From a virus, in the IMG/VR virus record IMGVR_UViG_3300023181_000271: 64,000 nt of DNA; one strand, given 5' to 3'. Position numbers and translations under genes: made by a program. Numbering within the stretch: position 1 is the first letter of the stretch; each line of letters starts with the position of its first letter. The notes below the pieces were generated by a model, which was not told the DNA's origin, searched no databases, and was given only the letters and a program-made list of their open reading frames with translations. This document shows positions 1 to 11,180 of this stretch, piece after piece.

Positions 1-220
1 TGCTGCTCTATTTCCGTTGAAATCCCTTTTCTAATTGGAAGTCGCAGCTTTAAGGATAATGTTGCATGTGCGGGCAACATTTTTTTAAAATTAATATTTC
101 ATTGGATTGGTTGACGAGTTAAGTTACAAAATTGAGTTTGAATACGTCATCTTACAATGATTATAATTAGCTGATTAACAATATAAATAAGGAATTTGCA
201 AAAAATATTCTTTAGGAAAA

Positions 221-832
221 TTGAGCAATCATAATTATATTTATAACATGATGAAAGCAAAACACTTACTGTATATATTTCTACTTGTGATGGGACCTGC
301 AGCTATGGCACAAACTACAACTCCGCTTCCTACTTCAGAGAGTATCATGAAAGCCGCCTATGCAAAAGCAGCTAAAGAACATAAAAATGTCTTGCTGATG
401 TTTCATGCCTCATGGTGCGGATGGTGTAAAAAAATGGATGCTTCGCTAAACGATCCGAGTGTCAAAAAAATGATAGATAACAATTACGTTATTGCGCATT
501 TGGATGTATTGGAACAACCTGCAAAAGCAGAACTTGAAAACTCGGGCAGCCTGGAAATGATGACTAAGTTTGGCGGAGATAAAGCTGGCTTACCCTATTG
601 GCTGATTTTAGACGCTAAAGGAAATATGCTAGCTAATTCATTGATGCCTAAAGATGGTGAAACCACGGTAACGGCTAAAGATAATGTGGGCTGCCCGGCA
701 TCAGAAAAAGAAGTCAGCTTTTTTGATTCTATATTGAAAAAGACATCCAAATTAAAAGAAGATGATATCAAGGTTATACATACACGCTTTTTGTTGAACC
801 AACCGGCTCCACAACCCGGAAAAACCAGTTAA
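221..832 (+). CDS. Secreted thioredoxin-like thiol-disulfide oxidoreductase (TlpA-like)
   Basis: Hydrophobic N-terminal signal peptide followed by Ala-X-Ala cleavage-like site; CXXC active-site motif WCGWCK typical of thioredoxin fold. Confidence 0.7.
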   Translation: MSNHNYIYNMMKAKHLLYIFLLVMGPAAMAQTTTPLPTSESIMKAAYAKAAKEHKNVLLMFHASWCGWCKKMDASLNDPSVKKMIDNNYVIAHLDVLEQPAKAELENSGSLEMMTKFGGDKAGLPYWLILDAKGNMLANSLMPKDGETTVTAKDNVGCPASEKEVSFFDSILKKTSKLKEDDIKVIHTRFLLNQPAPQPGKTS

Positions 833-969
833 TCAATGACGTTAGCATGTTCGCTGTTAAGAACTGATAAATATGACAAGGTTATCTCTTGAACAGCTCT
901 AATTCATCATAGCTTTTGACTATTTGCCATAGAAATAAATGATTGTGATTATCCGATCCAAAATCATAG

Positions 970-3297
<2,328 letters not shown>

Positions 3298-3320
3298 GGT
3301 CATCAGATATTAAAAGTTTA

Positions 3321-3349
3321 AGGCACCGTAGTTTCGGTGCCTTTTTTTA
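3321..3349 (+). terminator. Rho-independent terminator of katG
   Basis: Hairpin aggcaccg-tagtttc-ggtgcct followed by T7 run immediately after katG stop. Confidence 0.8.
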
Positions 3350-3505
3350 TAAGAATTTGTTAAATAGTACGTTATCACCTTCATAGGTTATACTGAAGAC
3401 AAATTCAACATCGTACGAAGGTTAGAACTGGAAGGAATTTGAGGATAGCTAAATTTATAGACAAAGATTTAGCCACATCTACCTAAAATTGGCTAAAAAT
3501 GGACC

Positions 3506-3817
3506 CTATAGTTTTAGGGAACTTGACCAGTCCGATAATCTTGTAGCCATTCCATGATGTTGTGCAATGGCTAACAAGTCAATGTCTTTTATTGCGTCTT
3601 GTTGTAAGAAACGGGCACCACGAATCCTTAATTCTCCTAACATATTTCTTTCTAGATCAGTCGTATCAACTGTCGGATCTAATCTCGATTTTGCAGGCAA
3701 AAGAGGTTTAAAACATGATTGACCACGGAAAAGGTCTATAGTACCTGGATCAGGCTTTCCAAGTGAAATTATTTTACTAAAAAAACTCTCCCATCCATTC
3801 CACCCAACTTTTTTCAT
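3506..3817 (-). pseudogene. FRG-domain protein, probably C-terminally truncated fragment
   Basis: Contains FRGQ signature and downstream SDW motif of FRG domain but ends after 103 aa, shorter than typical FRG proteins; lies in decayed accessory region. Confidence 0.35.
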
Positions 3818-3844
3818 TTTCGATCTATGGTGCTAAAACAAGAT

Positions 3845-4141
3845 TTACGAGGCTATCGCAAATGCTTTTATATTTCCAAATTCCTCTGATTTATCAATTA
3901 GCTCGTTCTCTATGTCATAATCGTTCTGCAAGCCCAGCCAGAACCTTGCAGAATTGCCAAAGAAGATACTTAAACGTAGAGCTGTATCCGCCGTTACTCT
4001 TCTATTTCCTTTAATAATTTCTGAAATACGAGTTTGAGGGATATTGGTTTCCTTCGCTAGACGATAAGCAGTAATATTTAAAGGGATCAGAAATTCCTCA
4101 CTTAGAATTTCACCCGGATGAGTGTTAGGTAGCTTTTCCAT
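3845..4141 (-). CDS. higA: HigA-type HTH antitoxin (addiction module antidote protein)
   Basis: Sequence HPGEILSEEFLIPLNITAYRLAKETNIPQTRISEIIKGNRRVTADTALRLSIFFGNSARFWLGLQNDYD is canonical HigA/XRE HTH; likely start at internal Met (MEKLPN). Confidence 0.8.
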   Translation of the reverse strand: MEKLPNTHPGEILSEEFLIPLNITAYRLAKETNIPQTRISEIIKGNRRVTADTALRLSIFFGNSARFWLGLQNDYDIENELIDKSEEFGNIKAFAIAS

Positions 4142-4151
4142 AATACATTTA

Positions 4152-4379
4152 TTAATGATAATCAATAATTTCTACTTCGCTCGCATTTCCGTCCGACCAT
4201 TTGAAAATTATACGCCATTGGTCATTTATGCGGATACTATAGTAATCCTTTAAATCACCTTTTATCCTCTCCAATTTATTAGATGGTGGAATGGTTAAAT
4301 CAGGAAGCATTAGTATGTACATTGTCAATACGTCCATTCTATTTTTACAATTCCTTTTAGGACTTGCCGTTTTCTGCAC
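4152..4379 (-). CDS. higB: HigB-type toxin (RelE/ParE superfamily plasmid-maintenance killer), possibly N-terminally divergent or truncated
   Basis: C-terminal 45 aa (LERIKGDLKDYYSIRINDQWRIIFKWSDGNASEVEIIDYH) match HigB killer protein; toxin-upstream/antitoxin-downstream order typical of higBA; N-terminal third does not match family. Confidence 0.65.
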   Translation of the reverse strand: MQKTASPKRNCKNRMDVLTMYILMLPDLTIPPSNKLERIKGDLKDYYSIRINDQWRIIFKWSDGNASEVEIIDYH

Positions 4380-4418
4380 ATGACACTGATTCTAATGTAT
4401 ATGTAAGAATTACATATC

Positions 4419-4486
4419 AATAAAAAGGCCTCTGAGACACTCTCAAAGGCCTGGGTGGAGCTGAGGAGGAGTTAAATGAACCCTTT
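4419..4486 (-). repeat. Degenerate second copy of ssrA 3' end plus flanking terminator (relic att site of an older integrated element)
   Basis: Minus-sense GGGTTCATTTAACTCCTCCTCAGCTCCACCCAGGCCTTTGAGAGTGTCTCAGAGGCCTTTTT aligns with attL-side AAAGGTTCGAACCCCTTCGGCTCCACACAGGCCTCTGAGATTATCTCGGAGGCTTTTTTTT. Confidence 0.5.
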
Positions 4487-4708
4487 TTACGACTTTTAAT
4501 GCTGGTAAGGGAGGTTAATGAAGAAAATATCATGGTAAAAGAGGCGGAAGAAGAAATTGAATATTGATTGGTTTTAAGAGGCAAGGGGGCTAACGCCGAA
4601 CTTTTTTTATAATCTGCACATAGCCATTCATTTCTTTAATCATAGATAGACTTTGTAATGAACATATATTTTAGGTATTTTTGATGTATACCTTATCAAA
4701 TTGCATTT

Positions 4709-4948
4709 ATGCACACAGTAGATCTTATTTCCAGAAGGATAAATACGCTCATTAGACTTGGTGAGAGGAAAGATGGAGTTTTTTTAACTGATCTTAAGAA
4801 GGAGTACCGCCCAGATCTTCAAAATTTTATTGTAGGCGAAACTTTAGGCTTGCGAGACGGAAAAGTAGTTATAGGCAAAAACACTTATAAAAGATGGTTA
4901 CAAAAGATCAAAACTAATGGTTTTGATTATGATGTAAAGTTTATTTAA
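4709..4948 (+). CDS. Hypothetical protein immediately upstream of fic (stop-start adjacent)
   Basis: 79-aa ORF ending TAA directly followed by ATG of Fic gene; no recognisable motif. Confidence 0.3.
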   Translation: MHTVDLISRRINTLIRLGERKDGVFLTDLKKEYRPDLQNFIVGETLGLRDGKVVIGKNTYKRWLQKIKTNGFDYDVKFI

Positions 4949-5749
4949 ATGGCAATTGAAGATCAATTTAAAAAAATAAACGCCCTTCAAAAACAAATCC
5001 TTAAGCTGGAACCAAATCTAATGAAATGGGACCCGGATTACCTGGAAAAAGTAAAAGTTGATTTTACTTATGCATCAAATAACCTTGAAGGTAATAAGAT
5101 ATCACACGGACAGACCATACAAATATTAAAGGATTTCGTTAGCCCAAAGGATACTTCAATTTCTGATTATCTCGATATCCTCAATCATAAAAAGGTTCTT
5201 GATTTGGTTTTTGAAAACTATAAATCAGAACGTATTACTGAAAGTAACATCAAGAAACTCCACAAAGAGTTGATGAAAAATCCTGCGCAATGGGCAGATG
5301 ATACATATTGCGATCCAGGCAAATATAAGATTTTTGAAAACCGTACATACAGATCTAATGGTAAAGAACATCTATATGCAGAGCCAGAGAAAGTCCAACC
5401 GGCTATGGAATTACTAATTAGGGAGACAAATGAAGCTTTAGACGTTAATTCTACCAATATTGAATTTCACCCATTATCTATAGCTACTCGTTTTCACTTC
5501 ATATTTCTTAATCATATACACCCATTTGGTGACGGAAATGGCAGAATAGCACGTATTTTTATGAATCTTATTTTATTACAGAAAGGGCTTCCCCCTATTT
5601 TCATAAAAGAAGTTGACAAAAAAGATTATCTGGATTGTTTTACAAAGGAAGAAGAACACCCCGGAGTAATGCTTGAATTTATGACAGCACGATTGATTGA
5701 AAGTCTAAAATCAAAGAAAAAGCATCTTCTTGCAAGTTTGAATAAATAA
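4949..5749 (+). CDS. Fic/Doc family protein (AMPylation-type Fic domain)
   Basis: Canonical Fic motif HPFGDGNGRIARIFMN (HxFx(D/E)GNGRxxR) in a 266-aa protein. Confidence 0.9.
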   Translation: MAIEDQFKKINALQKQILKLEPNLMKWDPDYLEKVKVDFTYASNNLEGNKISHGQTIQILKDFVSPKDTSISDYLDILNHKKVLDLVFENYKSERITESNIKKLHKELMKNPAQWADDTYCDPGKYKIFENRTYRSNGKEHLYAEPEKVQPAMELLIRETNEALDVNSTNIEFHPLSIATRFHFIFLNHIHPFGDGNGRIARIFMNLILLQKGLPPIFIKEVDKKDYLDCFTKEEEHPGVMLEFMTARLIESLKSKKKHLLASLNK

Positions 5750-5929
5750 GCTTTACTATATTTATTAACGGTGAGAATGTGAATCTGTATACTAAAATCG
5801 AGTAAGCGCCAAATAATTATCATGTATAGGAAAATGCCATTTTGTATACACGACGAAGATGTCATATAAAGAAGATGGCACTTTCCTATATATGAGATAT
5901 GAAACAGCACCACAGAGGCAACGCCATTA

Positions 5930-6160
5930 ATGAAAAAAGCCTTAAAAACAATTTTAGGTATAATCGTTTTTTCTAGCTTATTTGGAATATCATATGCGTT
6001 TGGAACTAAAGACATTTCACCTATATTAATAGACTATCTTTTTTTCGGAGGTGGAGTTTTATGTTTTGCTTCCATCATTACATTAGGCATACTGGTAATG
6101 GTAGACGATAATTATCCATCGCACTTGCTTGGAGATCTTGACAACTTCACAAACACCTGA
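5930..6160 (+). CDS. Small hypothetical membrane protein
   Basis: 76 aa with two predicted TM helices; no homology evident. Confidence 0.3.
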   Translation: MKKALKTILGIIVFSSLFGISYAFGTKDISPILIDYLFFGGGVLCFASIITLGILVMVDDNYPSHLLGDLDNFTNT

Positions 6161-6223
6161 TCTATATCGTAATGTATATTCCAAATAAGCACAGATGGGT
6201 ATAGAATGAGATTATAAAACAGC

Positions 6224-6254
6224 AAAAAAAAGCCTCCGAGATAATCTCAGAGGC
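6224..6254 (-). terminator. Original host ssrA terminator displaced to the left prophage junction
   Basis: Minus-sense hairpin GCCTCTGAGATTATCTCGGAGGC followed by T8 immediately after the displaced ssrA 3' core. Confidence 0.5.
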
Positions 6255-6259
6255 CTGTG

Positions 6260-6288
6260 TGGAGCCGAAGGGGTTCGAACCTTTGTCT
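6260..6288. repeat. attL: displaced copy of ssrA 3'-terminal core (tggagccgaaggggttcgaacc + tttgtct)
   Basis: 22-bp exact and 29-bp near-exact direct repeat with 63875-63903; corresponds to T-arm and acceptor 3' strand of tmRNA. Confidence 0.8.
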
Positions 6289-6466
6289 ACCACCTTCAAC
6301 GGTGTTTGATGACGGTTTAAGTGGTCAAAAATAGGGTTTGGTTTGGTCATTTGTCAGTGATTTGGTCAGCTAATATTGGTAAAATAAATGATCAAATCAA
6401 ATCCGATTAAAGCAACAAACCCCTGGCTTTCACCAAGGGTTTTTATCATAATTGAAAACATTACTA

Positions 6467-7261
6467 CTAGAATCCTACCAGCTTATAAGTTAATGTTCCA
6501 CCTGGTCCCCATTGTTTAAACTTATCATAGTACTGGTAATTAGCTGAAGCATTAAAACGTCCCAGTTGTATTTTTACACCCGGGCCAGCAGCCACACCGG
6601 TAAACTGATTGTAGGTTGATACAGTTTGTATTTCTGCATGAAAAGGCAATACTTTTTTATCAAATCCAATATAATTTACATGATCAACAGTGAAGTACCT
6701 GCTATCTGATGTGACTGACATTAACTCTCTATTTTTCCAAGGCGTGAACCATTTTGATTTATTACCTTTTGCGATCGTAATACCGAATCGCCCCATGAAA
6801 TCAGCTGTGGCTACCGGAGATAATGCATTAGGAGGAGTAAACTTAAGATCCAGTCCATTGCCGTTATAAGTGTAGAAAAGATTTTTCAATGAATCTCGTT
6901 CGGCAATAAGTTGTAATTTCTCTGCTTTATACTGAGCAGCAATGACAGTAACTTCTTTTAGTTGCTTGGTTCTGATATCAAGTGCGAGAGCTGCAGTATC
7001 AACTATATCTGGAATGTCTGTTTTATCTACATTTTCTACAGGGGTATGATTGCCCGTAATATCCAAAATCACACTTTCAACACCGTTTGCTTTTACGGCC
7101 CTGGCTATTTCTTTTGCTTCGGTTAGGATCTTTTTTTCCACCTTTTGATTCTTTTCCTGAAGTGTGGATGCAACCTGGTGTTCTTTGAACCATCCCACTG
7201 CCATACAAATCAAGCCAATAGCGAGAGCAGCTATGATTAGGTAATACTTTAAGTTTTTCAT
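6467..7261 (-). CDS. Lysis-cassette membrane protein (N-terminal TM, coiled coil, beta-rich C-terminus); spanin-like candidate
   Basis: Last gene of the lysis operon, start overlaps stop of upstream gene; N-terminal hydrophobic helix and periplasmic coiled coil. Confidence 0.35.
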   Translation of the reverse strand: MKNLKYYLIIAALAIGLICMAVGWFKEHQVASTLQEKNQKVEKKILTEAKEIARAVKANGVESVILDITGNHTPVENVDKTDIPDIVDTAALALDIRTKQLKEVTVIAAQYKAEKLQLIAERDSLKNLFYTYNGNGLDLKFTPPNALSPVATADFMGRFGITIAKGNKSKWFTPWKNRELMSVTSDSRYFTVDHVNYIGFDKKVLPFHAEIQTVSTYNQFTGVAAGPGVKIQLGRFNASANYQYYDKFKQWGPGGTLTYKLVGF

Positions 7262-7262
7262 A

Positions 7263-7559
7263 CTATTGTTCTTTAACTATGTCTTTAGATTTATTAAGCT
7301 TTTTAGTGGTGATACTGTCTTTTTTCTCAGCTTCGACGGCCTGATTTAAAATAATACCGTTCTTGATCAGTAGCGAGGTATTGAGTATATCGTTCTTACT
7401 CCGCTCTGCCTCATACCTCTTTTCGCATTCCTCACAATCACTTTTCTTCAGTACTGTGTATAGCAGGAGAACTACCACCGCGAACAGTGAGACCACTGTT
7501 ACACCCCATGGATACTTCTGCATTTTTTCGGGTGTGGGTATTTTTATTTTCTCAATCAT
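7263..7559 (-). CDS. Putative holin or i-spanin-like protein (single TM + coiled coil)
   Basis: 98 aa, one TM helix (VTVVSLFAVVVLLLYTVL) followed by charged coiled-coil segment; immediately downstream of endolysin with overlapping stop/start. Confidence 0.35.
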   Translation of the reverse strand: MIEKIKIPTPEKMQKYPWGVTVVSLFAVVVLLLYTVLKKSDCEECEKRYEAERSKNDILNTSLLIKNGIILNQAVEAEKKDSITTKKLNKSKDIVKEQ

Positions 7560-8116
7560 TACGCTGCATATTTAAGTTCTGCTTTTGCGAGACTGATATT
7601 GTACGGTTCGCGGCCGTATTTAATTGCAAGTTCTTTGTACCCGCCACCATTGTAATAAGTAGCGACAAGGTGCCAGTTACGTTCCTTAATTGCTTTCCAA
7701 AGTTTAGGATCTGTTTGTATGAATTTTACGATCCCTTTCACCTGTTGGTATTCGGATGCTTTAAAAGCATCAACCATTGCGTCTACAGTTTTAAATCCTA
7801 ATCGCGCATGATGAAAACCCATTATTTGTCCTAAGCCCCAGCTGGTAGAAAGCATTGCAGCAGTTGCATTTAACTTGAAGGCATTAGAGAATGCTTTATA
7901 TTCCTTATCCTGGTTATCTACCTTATTGATTGACCACAAACCTGAAGGTGCGAATGGTGCTTTTTTCTTAAACCAAGCTGGTTCAAATTGAATGACGATC
8001 CTTCCATTAATAAATCCCTTGCCTCCTGACTCAACGCTGATAAAAGCCATTAATGTGGCATAATTTATATCTATTGATTCGGCTAAGCCTTCGATTTCTT
8101 CGCGTGTTAAATTCAT
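7559..8116 (-). CDS. Endolysin, N-acetylmuramidase (DUF3380/PF11860-like) family
   Basis: ISVESGGKGF catalytic-Glu region and overall similarity to phage N-acetylmuramidase endolysins; likely start at internal ATG (MNLTREEIEGL) rather than the GTG at 8143. Confidence 0.65.
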   Translation of the reverse strand: MNLTREEIEGLAESIDINYATLMAFISVESGGKGFINGRIVIQFEPAWFKKKAPFAPSGLWSINKVDNQDKEYKAFSNAFKLNATAAMLSTSWGLGQIMGFHHARLGFKTVDAMVDAFKASEYQQVKGIVKFIQTDPKLWKAIKERNWHLVATYYNGGGYKELAIKYGREPYNISLAKAELKYAA

Positions 8117-8143
8117 AATACAACTGATTATTAGATGTATCAC

Positions 8144-8239
8144 AAATTTACCCCCACGATAAAGGCGGACTGGTTTTAAGGTTTTACCATTGGCTATTGG
8201 TAACTATAAAGTAGGTAACAAGTTACTATTGCTGAGCAC
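8144..8239 (-). promoter_or_regulatory. Copy A of ~95-bp conserved upstream element (ends in GTGGGGGTAAATTT just before start codon)
   Basis: Near-identical blocks shared with 14424-14526; contains TTACCA-N8-TGGTAA palindrome. Confidence 0.5.
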
Positions 8240-8489
8240 TTTGAATAAGATCAACTTTACCGTACAAATTAGATCAGCACGGAAAACCGTCAAATAGAAT
8301 AAATTATTAATAATAACTTACAAAAACTATTATGTTTACAGCTTTAGCAGAAATATTAAAAGGCGAGTCCGTAATACAGAACACACCTTTTAATGGGGAT
8401 TTTCAAGCAGTTATAATGGGTGATCAAATCAGCGTCACATTCGATCTGGAGTCAGATATGTATCTGTTTATCCGATTAACGAAATAGTC

Positions 8490-11162
8490 CTACCAATGAT
8501 CATTAGGCCCCTGCCCAATATACCTTCCATTGATGTATTTTCGGGTTTGTGGACCAGACGAACTAATCAATTCGTAACCAGTAAGTCCCGGATTTTCCCT
8601 GAAATAAATCTCTCCTTTTACCATTATTACGTCGCCAGATGTAACATTTAGTGCTACATTCTGATTAGCACCTTCCGCTGCTAATTCCAAGGCAATATTA
8701 ACAGTATCGTCAAGGCCGGGTACAGTACCTTTTTTGGGTCTTTTATTCTTCAGGTACCCAATTTGGCTGATTGCTCCACCACTGCTGCCCGGAATCAGGT
8801 CTGTCCCAAATGAAAATTCGTTATACTTATCGCCGGTATATCTTGATGACCCCCTAATGATGGCGAAGTTATTACCTTCTGGAAGCGCAGGAATGGTGGT
8901 ACCATCACTTAAAATTGCTCCCCTGGATAGTTTCCATCCAGATGTCTGTCCATCGGCTGTATTCCCAGATTCTGTACCGATTGTAATGTCCCCGGATATA
9001 TTGGCTTTACTCATATAAACGCTGCCATCATCCAGTACTCTGAATGGTAAATCAGCATCTCCTAATTGTCCACCAGCTCCAAAGCGAATTGATTGATCAC
9101 CGGCATCAGTAACGCCACTTATGAAGGCATTCCCTAACCCTGCTGAACCTACATTCAGTAAGCCTTCAGTATAAGAACCATCAAGCATCTGTACTTTGCC
9201 TTTGAACGTACCCTCATCAAGGTTTATCTCTAATTCATTACCAACAATAATTCCCCCCTCAATTGTTCGTCCATAAATGCTTACTGATCCATACACAGAT
9301 TTTAAGTTCCTGTAATTATCAATCACACTATTTGCTATCCCTATCCAGAAATGGTAAAATGTAGGATCCTGATCAACTTTAATTTGAGCATCCGAAACCA
9401 AGATGCTGCCATCTGCAGTTGTACGGTTACACTTCGCATAGATATAATAAACTTTAGCAGGATCCAGTCCAGAAACAGTTGCTCCTGGAACATTCCAGGT
9501 TACAGGAGCCGGAGCAATAGTAGTATGAACTAATTTTCCAGCAGACCAGTTTATCTTATTTACATCCGCTTGATAGTTACTTATAAAGTTCAATCCGACT
9601 AGTACCAGTTGCTGACTTGTATCCCCTGTCTGAATCATCAATGCACGTAAGGTTACTGGTGAAATAGCTTCGGTAAATATCTGCTCAGTTCCCGGATCAA
9701 AGTATTTATTTAACAGCTCCTGAGAAGTTTTCCAAAGCATACGGGAACGCTGGATATTTGTAATTTGGGCAATATTTAAAGCCTTGGTTACCTTCTCGGC
9801 TTCATATGTTACCCTTGCATAACTTGATCCCAATGCCAAATCTGAAATTCGCAGTACTGGATATAGGAATGGCTCGTGTAAATCGCGCTCAAAAGAGTTT
9901 ACCCTGATATTCTTATCAATAACGATATCAGAGTCCTTGACACCTACATAGTTCCCTAGATCAAGCGTGATGTTATTCCGCTTAAAGTAAAACTTATCAG
10001 GCGGCACCTCATAAGCCACCCTTGGTGGTGAGAATTCAGCAAAGTATTCGTTTCCCTTGGTAAGTAAGAACTGCTCCCTCTCAGAAACATAAGAGGGAGG
10101 CATTACCAAGTCATAGAAAAAGTAAGTATCACCGATTTCAGGCTTCATTAAAGCACTTGGCAATTCCAATGCCTTTTCTACTTCATTTTTAATGATTGTA
10201 ATAGTTCGAGTAGCGTGATTGTATCCTCCTTTAGGAATTTCAAACCAATAACCAGCCAGGTTCCCTGTTAAGAAAGAAACCTTAGGTCTTAAAGTTGGCA
10301 ATTCCTGTGTATTGATATCAAAGTCAATTCCCATATCAGAAAAAACAAAGGGAGTGGTCACGCTGGAGACCATACCAATACGTTCAGGCTTAATGTCGGG
10401 AAAGTTGATTACAGCTTCTATTTCATCCGGGCCATACTTTGGCCCTTGAATATAAGGAGTACCTTCTGGAAGCATCAAATTTGGCTGTCTGTTCCTATAA
10501 TTTACTGGTAGGTTCTGATCAGATCCTGTAACATAAAGTCTGCTGAATGCTGCCTTTGAGTCAACATTTGTACGGATTAATCCTCCTCTTAATCCTTTAT
10601 CATATCCGTACTCGAATTTATGACCGGTGACTACACCACGCTTATTAAAATGGATAGTTTTACCAACTACCCACCATTCCGTTTCAAAATCTTTAGCAGT
10701 ATTATCAATAACGGTTAAAATAGATTCTCCATCAAAAGAAATTAGCTTAGGAACCGAATCAATACATTCTCCCCTACTCCATCCGGACTGTGTACGGTTA
10801 GCGTTGGCCACAATCAAATCCAGCATCATACTTGCATTAGCCATGACCTCTGTTTTGATCACTGTAAGCGCATTGATGCTATCATAGAACATCATGATGG
10901 GTTTAGCCAATCTATAGTATTCAGCTTGAAACGTCATTCTGTAGCTGAATGACATACTACTGTTTTTAGTTGGCTCATCCATTTGGTTCAGATAGTAAGT
11001 CTGGCCATAAACAAACATCGTATCACCAATCTGGAATTGATAAGCAGCAGGAGAATTAAAGGTGATAGGAACAATGTCCTTAACCATTATTTCTTTCTCC
11101 TGCTGACCCTTCGGCCAAACTGTAGCAATTATAGCATCGCCTCTTTTAATGTTGTATAACAT
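8490..11162 (-). CDS. Large tail/baseplate structural protein (890 aa)
   Basis: Position at distal end of tail module after fibre gene; size and beta-rich composition typical of siphovirus tail tip/host-specificity proteins. Confidence 0.55.
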   Translation of the reverse strand: MLYNIKRGDAIIATVWPKGQQEKEIMVKDIVPITFNSPAAYQFQIGDTMFVYGQTYYLNQMDEPTKNSSMSFSYRMTFQAEYYRLAKPIMMFYDSINALTVIKTEVMANASMMLDLIVANANRTQSGWSRGECIDSVPKLISFDGESILTVIDNTAKDFETEWWVVGKTIHFNKRGVVTGHKFEYGYDKGLRGGLIRTNVDSKAAFSRLYVTGSDQNLPVNYRNRQPNLMLPEGTPYIQGPKYGPDEIEAVINFPDIKPERIGMVSSVTTPFVFSDMGIDFDINTQELPTLRPKVSFLTGNLAGYWFEIPKGGYNHATRTITIIKNEVEKALELPSALMKPEIGDTYFFYDLVMPPSYVSEREQFLLTKGNEYFAEFSPPRVAYEVPPDKFYFKRNNITLDLGNYVGVKDSDIVIDKNIRVNSFERDLHEPFLYPVLRISDLALGSSYARVTYEAEKVTKALNIAQITNIQRSRMLWKTSQELLNKYFDPGTEQIFTEAISPVTLRALMIQTGDTSQQLVLVGLNFISNYQADVNKINWSAGKLVHTTIAPAPVTWNVPGATVSGLDPAKVYYIYAKCNRTTADGSILVSDAQIKVDQDPTFYHFWIGIANSVIDNYRNLKSVYGSVSIYGRTIEGGIIVGNELEINLDEGTFKGKVQMLDGSYTEGLLNVGSAGLGNAFISGVTDAGDQSIRFGAGGQLGDADLPFRVLDDGSVYMSKANISGDITIGTESGNTADGQTSGWKLSRGAILSDGTTIPALPEGNNFAIIRGSSRYTGDKYNEFSFGTDLIPGSSGGAISQIGYLKNKRPKKGTVPGLDDTVNIALELAAEGANQNVALNVTSGDVIMVKGEIYFRENPGLTGYELISSSGPQTRKYINGRYIGQGPNDHW

Positions 11163-11180
11163 ATTTTAGATCGTCTATAA

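Noticed and set aside
6260-6330. Possible complete tRNA gene at left prophage junction
   Set aside because: Only the T-arm/acceptor 3' strand is present; upstream sequence diverges from the right-hand copy and no D or anticodon arm can be folded, so it is an att duplicate
6162-6350. 62-aa minus-strand ORF overlapping the attL / displaced ssrA fragment
   Set aside because: Overlaps the tmRNA 3' relic and terminator; low-complexity translation; no start context
8332-8487. 51-aa plus-strand ORF (MFTALAEILKGESVIQNTPF...) in the gap between endolysin and tail genes
   Set aside because: Plausible small moron but below size threshold, no RBS-like context and no homology signal; not called
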